From positions 475 through 64,474 of the forward strand of contig JAFGCB010000030.1 in NCBI GenBank assembly GCA_016932855.1: a stretch of DNA of 64,000 nucleotides. The letters run 5' to 3'. A program made the position numbers and the translations under genes. Below, piece by piece: positions 48,109-57,509 of this stretch. Position 1 is the stretch's first letter. Every line of letters starts with the position of its first letter. This DNA is from Candidatus Omnitrophota bacterium (lineage in GTDB: Bacteria > Omnitrophota > Gorgyraeia > Duberdicusellales > Duberdicusellaceae). The notes under the pieces were generated by a model. That model did not search any database, was not told the DNA's origin, and worked only from the letters and a program-made list of their open reading frames with translations.

Positions 48109-48187
48109 AATATACGAGTTCTACGAGTTATCGAGTTAGAGGAATTAAATAAGTTATAGCCCGCAGCTCGTTGAGCCAGCTAACTTG

Positions 48188-48733
48188 TTAACTAATGAAG
48201 GGGCCCTGCTTGGCAAAGAATTTTCCCCCAAAATGAAAAAGTAAATCAGCCTCTTCTTTCCAGACAATATTATCAAAGTCAAAAATTCCTTCCACGACCT
48301 CAGCATAAACCGGTTCTCCAAAAAACAAGAAATGATCACCTATCTCTTTTATATCAATTAAAGAACACTCAATATTTGCTATACATTCTTTAATCTTTGA
48401 AGCCTTGGATAATTTTAAGGCTTTTTCTCTGGTAAGAGGAGCTTTCTGGAACTTATCAATATCTCTTCCGGAATTACTCCCGCAAAATACAGCCTTATCT
48501 TTTAACTGCCAGGAAGGGATATTAATTATAAACTCCTTACTTTTCCTGATAAGCTCGCTTGATAAGTGCTTCTTGGCTAACGCGACTAAAAGGCATGCCG
48601 GGGTATGTGAACAGGGCGAATGCCAGGCACAGGTTGTAATATTATCTTTATCCTTATATGAACAACTAACCAGGATTAAGTTCCCGGAGTTAATAAGCCG
48701 GCAAGCCCTCTTCTTATCCACCTCTTTCTTCAT
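48188..48733 (-). CDS. Flavin reductase-like protein
   Basis: EFIINIP, FCGSNSGRDIDKF, IEC, GDHFLFFGE. Confidence 0.85.
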   Translation of the reverse strand: MKKEVDKKRACRLINSGNLILVSCSYKDKDNITTCAWHSPCSHTPACLLVALAKKHLSSELIRKSKEFIINIPSWQLKDKAVFCGSNSGRDIDKFQKAPLTREKALKLSKASKIKECIANIECSLIDIKEIGDHFLFFGEPVYAEVVEGIFDFDNIVWKEEADLLFHFGGKFFAKQGPFIS

Positions 48734-48778
48734 CTTATCTCCTTTCTCAATAATCTCGACGGCAACCCCACTATCCCT

Positions 48779-48820
48779 CTACACCTCTTCATATAACGGT
48801 CGTTATGAAAAGAGGTGTAG
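48779..48820. repeat. 42-bp imperfect palindrome downstream of the PaaX-like gene
   Basis: CTACACCTCTTCATATAACG-GT-CGTTATGAAAAGAGGTGTAG. Confidence 0.9.
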
Positions 48821-48840
48821 TAAAAACGAAAAACAAAACA

Positions 48841-49629
48841 TCACTTCTTTCTCTCTTTGAACAGCCGCTTTTCTATCCTTTTTAAATACTCTTGCGCTTT
48901 GTGCCCCAAATAGCCTTGAGGACATAGCTTATTTGGTAGCCTTGGGTCGTGTCTACCGATATGCATCAATTCTTTCTCCAATTCTTTAAACATAATTATT
49001 CGCTTAACAAAATTTAACCCTCTAAACTTTAAATTGCAACATTTAGCCATAAATTTCTCATATTTAATATTTAAACCTTGGAAATCCCAGCTCGTCTGGA
49101 TCAAATAACCAGGATCATCGATTTTGTCAGCAACGATAAATCGTAAATAAGGACGTATCTGATTCCTTTCGGCAAGGCTCTTTAATTCTTTAAAATAATT
49201 ATAAGGGTTAATAAATACGCTATTTTGAAGCATTCCAAAACCCAATTCCCGGAGCTTTATTCGCAAATTATCCCTTGCTCCTCTATATTTCTCAGGAATA
49301 TCAAAAACAACTATAAACCATTTGCCTATCCACTTTCCTTTCTTCTTCTCTATAGATAAACTCCAATTTATCCTATCCTCTCCCTTAAGAGAAGGTTTTA
49401 AATATACTTTTTTTCCAGTAACAATATCATTAATGTATCCGTGCTTTTGAAGAAATAGCAATTCTTTACGAAGGGCTTTCCTGAGGTCGGAATAACCCCT
49501 GGAGCTATCCAACGATGCTTCGCGCCAGAAAGAATAGGGATCTAGAAGAGCCTCTAATATATCCTCGAATGTAAGGTCACAATTCTTTAGAAAGATTAGT
49601 ATTTTTTCTCTTAAAGTAAGTATAGACAT
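48841..49629 (-). CDS. PaaX-family protein (winged HTH, Cas2-like central domain, PaaX C-terminal domain)
   Basis: WIGKWFIVVFDIPE..R..RD.LR..L..LGFGMLQNSVFINP; DPRLPNKLCP.GYLG. Confidence 0.85.
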   Translation of the reverse strand: MSILTLREKILIFLKNCDLTFEDILEALLDPYSFWREASLDSSRGYSDLRKALRKELLFLQKHGYINDIVTGKKVYLKPSLKGEDRINWSLSIEKKKGKWIGKWFIVVFDIPEKYRGARDNLRIKLRELGFGMLQNSVFINPYNYFKELKSLAERNQIRPYLRFIVADKIDDPGYLIQTSWDFQGLNIKYEKFMAKCCNLKFRGLNFVKRIIMFKELEKELMHIGRHDPRLPNKLCPQGYLGHKAQEYLKRIEKRLFKERKK

Positions 49630-49643
49630 AATACTTTCCTATT

Positions 49644-49681
49644 ACACCTCCTTACCTAACGACCGTTATGTAAGGAGGTGT
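49644..49681. repeat. Imperfect palindrome upstream of the PaaX-like gene, inverted relative to 48779-48820
   Basis: ACACCTCCTTACCTAACG-AC-CGTTATGTAAGGAGGTGT. Confidence 0.9.
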
Positions 49682-49752
49682 GGACAGGGATATATTTTAT
49701 GGCTAATGAAGGCTATAATCAATATTTATTTGTACCAGATAATCTAAGGTCT

Positions 49753-50664
49753 TTAATCACGCGGACCCCCTCGCAGCCCTTTTTTACGGGCGTAGTTAAC
49801 AACCTGGCTATACTCGTCCTGCGTAATCCTTCTTGAAAGTTCCTTATACCTGTAGGCTTTGTGACAAGGCCTATACTGGTCCATAATATTTATATAGGTA
49901 TTGCAAGATATATTTCCGGCGATAAAATCAATGACTTCGAACGAACCGGAAAGATCATTAGGAAGAACCAAATGCCTTATAAGCATGCCCTTTTGAGCAA
50001 TGCCCTGGTCATCTATTACCAAGTCGCCGACCTGCCTATACATCTCTAATAAAGCAAGCTTACATACCTGCCAGTAGTCTTGGGCTTGGGAATATTTTCC
50101 AGAGTTACTATCATCGGAATATTTAATGTCAGGCATATATATATCGAAAATCCCTTTAAGTTTCGCTAAAATTCCCTCTAAATCATATCCGCCGCTATTA
50201 TAAACCAAAGGGAGCCTTAAACCCTTATCCCTGGCGTAGACTAAAGCCTCTATTATCTGAGGAACAACATGGGTGGGACTTACAAAATTTATATTCTCGG
50301 CACCTAATTCTTGAAGTCCAAGCATAATTTTCGCCAAGCCGTAAGCTTCAATTTCACTACCCTCGCCTAAATGGGAAATAGTGTAATTCTGGCAATAAAC
50401 ACAAGCAAGATTGCAAAAAGAAAAAAATATCGTCCCTGAACCCCCGCGTCCCACCAGCTCCTTTTCTTCCCCAAAGTGAAGGTTAAAACTGGAAACCCTA
50501 GCCAAACGGCCGGTCTTACAGAAGCCGAGCTCCTGGCTAATTCTATTTACTTTACATAACCGGGGACAAATGCCGCACCGGCTTAAAAAGGAAACTAAAT
50601 CATCCCTTATCTTAAACAGCTCACCTTGAGAAAACTTTAGATAGCAAGGCTCATAGTTCGACAT
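49753..50664 (-). CDS. PflX-like radical SAM protein
   Basis: CGICPRLC, GSGTIFFSFCNLACVYCQN, RHLVLP, MDQYRP. Confidence 0.88.
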   Translation of the reverse strand: MSNYEPCYLKFSQGELFKIRDDLVSFLSRCGICPRLCKVNRISQELGFCKTGRLARVSSFNLHFGEEKELVGRGGSGTIFFSFCNLACVYCQNYTISHLGEGSEIEAYGLAKIMLGLQELGAENINFVSPTHVVPQIIEALVYARDKGLRLPLVYNSGGYDLEGILAKLKGIFDIYMPDIKYSDDSNSGKYSQAQDYWQVCKLALLEMYRQVGDLVIDDQGIAQKGMLIRHLVLPNDLSGSFEVIDFIAGNISCNTYINIMDQYRPCHKAYRYKELSRRITQDEYSQVVNYARKKGLRGGPRD

Positions 50665-50804
50665 AAGCAAAAGCTCATCAGGCTAGGGTTTAAGTTTACT
50701 GGCTTCCGGCCGAAATCCAGCCAGGGTATTTAAATTGTAGCACGTCCTGGTAATAGTCACAATTTTTTCTTGGAAAAAGTAAAAGCCCAAGCTACAATAG
50801 ACCT

Positions 50805-52760
50805 ATGCGAATATATAAAAATCTAGTCTTAGATAAATTCCAGGAAGAAGCTATAAATGCCATAGATAATCAGGAATCAATCCTTATCTCCGCTCCCACC
50901 GGCGCAGGTAAAACTCTAGTCGCTGAATATGCGATTGATTCGGCAATAGCCAAAAATAAAGGAATAATCTACACAGCTCCGGTAAAAGCCTTAAGTAATC
51001 AAAAATACAGGGACTTTAGAAAACTCTACAAAGACAAGGTAGGAATTCTTACCGGAGACGTGAGCATAAACCCGGGCTCGCCTATTATGATAATGACCAC
51101 CGAAATATTCCGAAATGTAATCTTAACCGAGCCGAAAAGGCTGGACAATAAAGAATGGATAATTTTCGACGAAATACACTACTTAGATGATTTTGAGCGG
51201 GGAACGGTCTGGGAAGAATCAATCATGCTAATGCCCAGACATCTGAAAATCTTAGCCTTAAGCGCTACCGTACCTAATATAGATCAAATAACCTTATGGA
51301 TAAGAACAATACACCACATACCCATTAAAGTAATTAAAGAAGACCGAAGGCCGGTTCCTCTTAGTTTTTATTTCCAATGCAACGACCAAATATTCTCCAC
51401 TCTTAGAGGCTTGCGGAATTCAGAGCTAATATCGGAAAATTTCCCCAAATCCCGCAGAAAAGACCAAAGACTGTTTATGCAACTTAAGCCTAACCGGATA
51501 AATACGATTTTCAAGCACTTAAAGGAAGAAAATCTTCTTCCCTGTATTTATTTTAGCTTCTCAAGAAAGCGTACCGAAATCTTTGCCCAGGAATTAGCAA
51601 TGTATAATTTTTTAAATCCGGAAGAAAAAAAAGAAATAACCAGCCTCTATGAAAAGCTACTTAAAACCTTTGACTTAGAGCACGAACCTACTTCACTCTA
51701 TTTGTTTGACCTGGTAAAAAACGGTATAGCCTTTCACCATGCCGGGCTTCTTCCTACACTTAAAGAGGTTATTGAAAGACTGTTTACCTCCAAGCTTCTT
51801 AAAGCTATATTTACCACTGAAACCTTCGCTCTAGGCATAAATATGCCGGCAAGAACAGTTATTTTTGACGATCTTAGGAAATTCTACGGACAATACCACC
51901 GAAATATTAAAACCAGGGATTTCTACCAGATGGCCGGCCGGGCCGGGAGGCGGGGAATCGACAAAAAAGGGTTTGTCTTTATGAGGATAAACCCCTTCAA
52001 TGTTTCAAAGCGTGAACTTAAAGAAATAATCTACGGAGAGTCCGAAGAAATTAAAAGCCAGCTGAGAAGTAACTACGCAACTATCCTTAACCTCTATAAA
52101 GATATGCAAGAGAAAATATACGACATATACCCCCTTTCTTTTCACTACTTCCAGTCAAAAGAAAGGAAAAAAGAAGACGTGCTGAATCTACTTAAAAATA
52201 AAATACTGCTCTTGAAAGAATTGGACTATATAACTTCCGATAACAAATTAAGCTGGAAGGGTGAATTCGCTTCAAGAATGTACAGCTATGAACTCCAGAT
52301 AGGCCAACTTTATGAAAACGGGTTCTTGGAAAGCCTAAGCGAAAAAGAGCTTGCCATATTAATATCATCGCTTGTATACGAGCCGAGAAGAGGGCAAAGA
52401 AAGCCTACTTTAGGCAAATACACCCAAAGAATGCAGGGCCTTCTCGAATCAACTATAAAGCAAATCCATAAAACGGAGAAAAAATATAGAGTTTATCCTC
52501 TGTCCAAAAGATTCTATTTTCATCTATCGCAGCTTACCTGCCTTTGGTTCGACGGAATAGAATTCTCTAAGCTTGCCCAATTTACCGATATAGACGAAGG
52601 AGAACTTGTAAGATACCTGCGGATGAATATACAGGTATTGCGGGAACTGCTTTCGTTTGAAGGCGTTAAGGAAGATTTCAAGAAAAAAGTAAAAAATGTA
52701 TTAAAAAGAATAAACCGTGATGTAATCGATGCCGAGAAACAACTCAGACAGGAAATCTGA
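50805..52760 (+). CDS. Ski2-like DEAD/DEAH-box helicase (HelY-like)
   Basis: APTGAGKT, KALSNQKY, DEIH, LSAT, FHHAGLLP, QMAGRAGRRG, DSHCT-like C terminus. Confidence 0.92.
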   Translation: MRIYKNLVLDKFQEEAINAIDNQESILISAPTGAGKTLVAEYAIDSAIAKNKGIIYTAPVKALSNQKYRDFRKLYKDKVGILTGDVSINPGSPIMIMTTEIFRNVILTEPKRLDNKEWIIFDEIHYLDDFERGTVWEESIMLMPRHLKILALSATVPNIDQITLWIRTIHHIPIKVIKEDRRPVPLSFYFQCNDQIFSTLRGLRNSELISENFPKSRRKDQRLFMQLKPNRINTIFKHLKEENLLPCIYFSFSRKRTEIFAQELAMYNFLNPEEKKEITSLYEKLLKTFDLEHEPTSLYLFDLVKNGIAFHHAGLLPTLKEVIERLFTSKLLKAIFTTETFALGINMPARTVIFDDLRKFYGQYHRNIKTRDFYQMAGRAGRRGIDKKGFVFMRINPFNVSKRELKEIIYGESEEIKSQLRSNYATILNLYKDMQEKIYDIYPLSFHYFQSKERKKEDVLNLLKNKILLLKELDYITSDNKLSWKGEFASRMYSYELQIGQLYENGFLESLSEKELAILISSLVYEPRRGQRKPTLGKYTQRMQGLLESTIKQIHKTEKKYRVYPLSKRFYFHLSQLTCLWFDGIEFSKLAQFTDIDEGELVRYLRMNIQVLRELLSFEGVKEDFKKKVKNVLKRINRDVIDAEKQLRQEI

Positions 52761-52818
52761 CTTCTGCAAAAATGTCATCTGTGACCATCTGTGTCCCCTA
52801 ATCTGTGATCATCTGCGT

Positions 52819-54045
52819 CTAGTAGAAGACTTGCCGGGGACCCCTTTTTAAGACAGTAACGCCATTTTTACTTACAAAATATTTTTTTCTGTCTTCGTCG
52901 GCGTTATAGCCTACCAAGGAGGATTCTTCAAGGATATTGAACCTGTCAATAATGGCTTTCCTTATCTTGGTTTTCTTCCTAATATGAGTAAAATCCATAA
53001 TTATAGAATCTTTAATTTCGGCTCCTTCTTCGATTACAACCGCCCTTCCCAAAACAGAATTCTCTATTTTAGCCTTCTGAATAATGCAACCTTCGCTTAT
53101 TAAGGAATTACTTATCAAGCATTCATTGATTTTTGCGGGAGGACAATGGACGGTCGAACCGTAGACAGGCCAACTGGAATTCGATAAATCCAGAAGCGGC
53201 CTTTGACCTAAAAGATCCATGTGGGCTTCGAAGAATTCGTCTATGGTGCCTACGTCTCTCCAATAGCTTTGCTCTTCATATTTCTTTATACCGGGTATAT
53301 TATTAGCGGAAAAATTGTAAGCGAATACTTTCTTTGATTTAATAAGGGGAGGCATGACATCCCTTCCAAAATCATGCGTGGTCTGACTGTGAGTATCTTT
53401 CTCCAGCACTTCAAGTAATACCTTAGTATTAAATATATAGTTACCCATGGATACATAAGAATAATCTTTATTGCCGGGTATAGCCTTAGGATTTGAGGGC
53501 TTTTCTTTAAATCCGGTCACCCGGCAAGAAGGATTGACTTCCACTATACCGAATGAAGAGGCCTCTTGTCTTAGCTTGGGCATGCAGGAAATAGTCACGT
53601 CCGCCTTATTTTTCACATGAAAATCAATTATCTGCCTTATGTTCATCCGATAAACGTGGTCAGACCCGAAGACCGCCACCAAAGAAGGGGAAAAATCCAA
53701 AATAAGATTTATATTCTGATAAATAGAATCAGCGGTTCCTCTATACCATTGTTTCAAAGAATCTTTCCGCATTTGGGGAGGCACAACCGTAATAAAATGC
53801 TTGCTAAGCATCCCCTGCCTTTTCCAGCCGCTTCTTATATGTTCGATTAAAGACTGCGACTTATACTGGACAAGCACATAAATAGAGTAAATCCCGGAAT
53901 TGACGAAATTACTTAAAACGAAATCAATAATTCTATATTTGCCCCCGAAAGGAACCGAAGGCTTTGACCGCTCTAAAGTAAGAGGGTCAAGCCGCTGGCC
54001 CTTTCCTCCGGCCATTATCATTGCCAGAACTTCACCTTTTAACAT
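52819..54045 (-). CDS. glgC: Glucose-1-phosphate adenylyltransferase
   Basis: AGGKGQRLDPLT.ERSKPSVPFGGKYRIIDF, GTADSIYQN, KEKP, YWRDVGT. Confidence 0.96.
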   Translation of the reverse strand: MLKGEVLAMIMAGGKGQRLDPLTLERSKPSVPFGGKYRIIDFVLSNFVNSGIYSIYVLVQYKSQSLIEHIRSGWKRQGMLSKHFITVVPPQMRKDSLKQWYRGTADSIYQNINLILDFSPSLVAVFGSDHVYRMNIRQIIDFHVKNKADVTISCMPKLRQEASSFGIVEVNPSCRVTGFKEKPSNPKAIPGNKDYSYVSMGNYIFNTKVLLEVLEKDTHSQTTHDFGRDVMPPLIKSKKVFAYNFSANNIPGIKKYEEQSYWRDVGTIDEFFEAHMDLLGQRPLLDLSNSSWPVYGSTVHCPPAKINECLISNSLISEGCIIQKAKIENSVLGRAVVIEEGAEIKDSIIMDFTHIRKKTKIRKAIIDRFNILEESSLVGYNADEDRKKYFVSKNGVTVLKRGPRQVFY

Positions 54046-54109
54046 AGTTTAATAATTTTAACACTTTTAAGTCTTTTCTCAAGAAAACTTTAGGCAAGCC
54101 TATCTTGAC

Positions 54110-57109
54110 CTAACGCTCTATTATTGCTTCTATCCTATGAGAGGCCTTTTTCTGATCCTCCACTATATATTCACCAAGGCAAACAACCTCATATATATCG
54201 GAATGAGTAGTTATTAAAGGTGCTATGAGTTTAAAATTATCGATTTTCTGTTTAGGGGTAAACCCTAAAGAGGTATCCTGAAGTAAATCCCCTATTCCTA
54301 AGCGACGGTTGGTCCTCTCGCCAAACGGCCTATATGAAATAACCCTTAAGGCGGTCGGCCCATCGGTTAAAGCCGACAACACTTCTTTACTGGCGGTATT
54401 TATATTGATCCTTCCTCTTGCTTGAAACTGGGGTTCCAGGATAAAATTCAAAATCAAAAGAGGCTTATCTTCCTCGTTGCGCAAGTTTATCTCAAGGGAT
54501 TCTGAATCGTCCTTGATCTCGATATTTCCGTAATTTAACCATCCTTTATCAAATGCGAAAGGCCCGAGATAGCCGGAAATCTCATCTCCCAGTTTTATAT
54601 CCACGCTCAAGGAAGAGCTACTATCCTCGCTGGCTAAGATCTTAAGTGAATATATCCCCTCTGCAATATTAGGCCACCTCCATACTCCGGTATCGCCCTT
54701 ACGCGAAGAATAAAATCCTTCCTCTGTCTCCTCAAAGGCCCCTCCTAAAAATGAACCGAAACCCAGATGTTTTCTAAAAGAAGTAAACTTATCTGCCAGA
54801 AGACTTATACTTCGTAAGTCAAATTTCTCCCAGGCAAAATCGGAAGCCACGTCATTAGCATATCCTATATTTATGAAAGGATTATTTTGAACAACTTGCT
54901 CTCTTACGTCATGATAGAAAACCTCAAGGGTAACCGGATCAATCTCCTTCATTCCGGGGTTATCGTTTCGCTCGCCGGGCGTTGCTTTAGCTAAGGATTC
55001 GGAAAAGAACCAAGCGTCAAAAATACCGTTGGCATCATTATCCCAGAAAAGAGTAGGGTCTGACTTTTCAACGCTGGTAAAATCGGATACCTGCTCGGAT
55101 TTATATTCGACCGTATCGACGACTCTTGCTTGGGAATCTTTTAATGTGACTTTGGCTTTTTTATTGGGAATAATATCGTCGTTTCCTTCCACGGCGCCGG
55201 TAAACTGAAGTTGAACCGATGACATACCCCATGTTTTCTGAAAGAAAATACCGTTATTGCGCAAGAATAAAGCGCAGTCTCTGTCGTCTTTGTCAATACT
55301 CAGGATTAAATGCTGATAAGCCTCTATCTGCGTGCCTTGCGGAATAAGAGCCGGCCAGCCTAAGCTTCCGCCTCCTTCCTGGGTTATCTCTACCGTAAAA
55401 TCGCTGATATCTATAGAATAAGGGCTTATATTCAGGATTTCGATAAATTCAGTATCAGGCTCCTGCGAAATGACCAGGCTTTTAAAACTGGCGATTTCAA
55501 CTAAAGAATTATTCTGAATAGTAAGAGTTAAATTGTCGTTAATATACACAGGCTCAGAGAAAATCATCCCGTCCCGGGCGTCTCTTAAGTCTTTGCCGGC
55601 AATGCTTACATCTCCGATATAACCGCCAGGGCTGTTTGCGAATACCTTTATATAAAAATAACCGCTTTTATTAACCGCGAACACCCACTTGCCTTCTCCG
55701 CTCTTGCCGCTGGCAAATTCAGCGTTTTCATAAAACCCGTCTTTCCAAACCCAGGCTCCCTTAGGATCTTGATCTTGGATTGTGACTAATTCCGAAGAAG
55801 GCTTGGCCAATATCTCATTTATTACTAAAGATTCCCTGCCTCTTACGGAAATATGCTCAAGTCCATCCTTCTTATCCAAACTAATAAGCTCAATATGGCT
55901 CACATAACACTCCTCATCATCAAAAGGCTTGATTTTGACGCTTAAAGAGCCTGCTTCGACGTTTACTTTGGAAAACAAGCCTTCCCCGGCGTAGACATCG
56001 CAGTCTGAAATATCACCGACGCTTACGTATCCCACCGGAGAACCCCTAAAAGGGCTATGAAAAAAACAGAAATATTGCCCATCTTCAATATCCAGATTCT
56101 GGATACTAAAGGTAGACTCTCCGGAAGATGGCAAAGCCACGAAATATCCTCCTTTGTTAATAAAGCCTCCGCCGGAAGGACCGGGCAGGTCGACTATTTT
56201 ATAGAATTTATCTAGCACAGTCTGCTCAAAGTCTTTATCCTGGTAGTCTATAAAATTTGCCGCCTTCTGGAAAGGAGAAGACACGCCGGACAATAGAAAG
56301 TTTAAAACGACATCTCTTGGAAAATACGTGTTTAAATAAACTCTTAGTTCTTCAAAATAATCAACTTCGCGCTCTTTCGAATATACCGTAAAATAATCCT
56401 TAAATCTTACGTCCTTGGGCACTTCCAGCAAATCCAGAGCTTCTTCGGTAACCAAAAACAACCTGTCATCTCCGTAACCCTGCTCATCAGGCTCATCAAC
56501 GCCTTCGTTAGATTCATCGAACAAGCCGTCAAAATCATTGTCAATGCCGTCTACGGATAAAAGCGGGTTATCAGAATCATCGTCTATGTTATTCTTACCG
56601 GGTGCTTTATCTTGGCCGAAGCGCCTTTCTACCAAGGAAGCTTTTTTATTTATCCCAAGGGAAGAAAACAAAGGGTTTATATCGATCTCAGAAAAGTCTA
56701 GCCCATAAGCGGGAGAGCTTCTTTCACCGCAGTAATTCAAGTTTAGTTTTCCGGCTTCATCAATCACTCTTAAGGCAAACCTTCCATAAAGGCCTCCTTG
56801 CGAGTTCTCGACTCTAAACCAAAGGCTTTCATTTTCCGCATCCTCGTTTAAATCAACATCCTCGCCCTTAATCTGATCGTAGAAAAAATCGTTGAAGCTG
56901 TCGCTTTTATTACTCTCTTTATCCAAGGAAAGAAATTCCGAAGCCAGAACAATTCCCGCCTCAGCCAAGTACTGAGCTTTAATACTGTCTAAATAAATTC
57001 GGGAATGCCTTACTTCGTAAAAAGTAAGAACTAACAAAGAAAGGCCTATGATTAAAAGAACCGATAAAACCGCTATGGTTACAATTAAAGCCTGGGCTTT
57101 TTTATTCAT
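54110..57109 (-). CDS. Giant GspK/PilX-like minor pilin with lamin-tail-like and repeated beta-sandwich domains
   Basis: KKAQALIVTI N terminus, AQYLAEAGI, DEAGKLNLN, GRININTAS HhH, LVINEI/EFIEILN. Confidence 0.72.
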   Translation of the reverse strand: MNKKAQALIVTIAVLSVLLIIGLSLLVLTFYEVRHSRIYLDSIKAQYLAEAGIVLASEFLSLDKESNKSDSFNDFFYDQIKGEDVDLNEDAENESLWFRVENSQGGLYGRFALRVIDEAGKLNLNYCGERSSPAYGLDFSEIDINPLFSSLGINKKASLVERRFGQDKAPGKNNIDDDSDNPLLSVDGIDNDFDGLFDESNEGVDEPDEQGYGDDRLFLVTEEALDLLEVPKDVRFKDYFTVYSKEREVDYFEELRVYLNTYFPRDVVLNFLLSGVSSPFQKAANFIDYQDKDFEQTVLDKFYKIVDLPGPSGGGFINKGGYFVALPSSGESTFSIQNLDIEDGQYFCFFHSPFRGSPVGYVSVGDISDCDVYAGEGLFSKVNVEAGSLSVKIKPFDDEECYVSHIELISLDKKDGLEHISVRGRESLVINEILAKPSSELVTIQDQDPKGAWVWKDGFYENAEFASGKSGEGKWVFAVNKSGYFYIKVFANSPGGYIGDVSIAGKDLRDARDGMIFSEPVYINDNLTLTIQNNSLVEIASFKSLVISQEPDTEFIEILNISPYSIDISDFTVEITQEGGGSLGWPALIPQGTQIEAYQHLILSIDKDDRDCALFLRNNGIFFQKTWGMSSVQLQFTGAVEGNDDIIPNKKAKVTLKDSQARVVDTVEYKSEQVSDFTSVEKSDPTLFWDNDANGIFDAWFFSESLAKATPGERNDNPGMKEIDPVTLEVFYHDVREQVVQNNPFINIGYANDVASDFAWEKFDLRSISLLADKFTSFRKHLGFGSFLGGAFEETEEGFYSSRKGDTGVWRWPNIAEGIYSLKILASEDSSSSLSVDIKLGDEISGYLGPFAFDKGWLNYGNIEIKDDSESLEINLRNEEDKPLLILNFILEPQFQARGRININTASKEVLSALTDGPTALRVISYRPFGERTNRRLGIGDLLQDTSLGFTPKQKIDNFKLIAPLITTHSDIYEVVCLGEYIVEDQKKASHRIEAIIER

Positions 57110-57477
57110 TCCTGGGCTTCCTCCTGAATCCGAAAATAAGTAATAAACTCCTCCTCGATTTTTTTTGTCTCTAAATCGCAGCTTACTTTCAGAATAACTT
57201 TGCGCAATTTTATGTCAGTAAAAGGCTGAAAATCCTCAGATGAAATACTCCACTCAAGATCCCCTTCTTTTCCTGACGAATCTTCAATGATATTAAAAGT
57301 CTTTATCGCCGAAAGCTTCTCTTTGGCAAGAAAAGACATATCCATAAGCATACTTGATATCCTGAGCTGGCGTAAGCCCAAGGGAAACATGTAAAATGCC
57401 GCCATAAGGCCTCCGGCTAAAATCGACACCGCGATAAGAACCTCAATAAGTGTAAATCCTTTATTCTTATTTTTCAT
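57106..57477 (-). CDS. Prepilin-type minor (pseudo)pilin, GspI/PilV-like
   Basis: KNKGFTLIEVLIAVSIL N-methylation motif. Confidence 0.88.
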   Translation of the reverse strand: MKNKNKGFTLIEVLIAVSILAGGLMAAFYMFPLGLRQLRISSMLMDMSFLAKEKLSAIKTFNIIEDSSGKEGDLEWSISSEDFQPFTDIKLRKVILKVSCDLETKKIEEEFITYFRIQEEAQE

Positions 57478-57509
57478 CCTTGATTGATAAGGGTTTGTAA
57501 ATCCGTATA

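Noticed and set aside
48841-49629. CRISPR-Cas locus, suggested by the Cas2-like motif and nearby palindromes
   Set aside because: No cas1 or effector genes and no repeat-spacer array; only two palindromes, and the protein has full PaaX architecture
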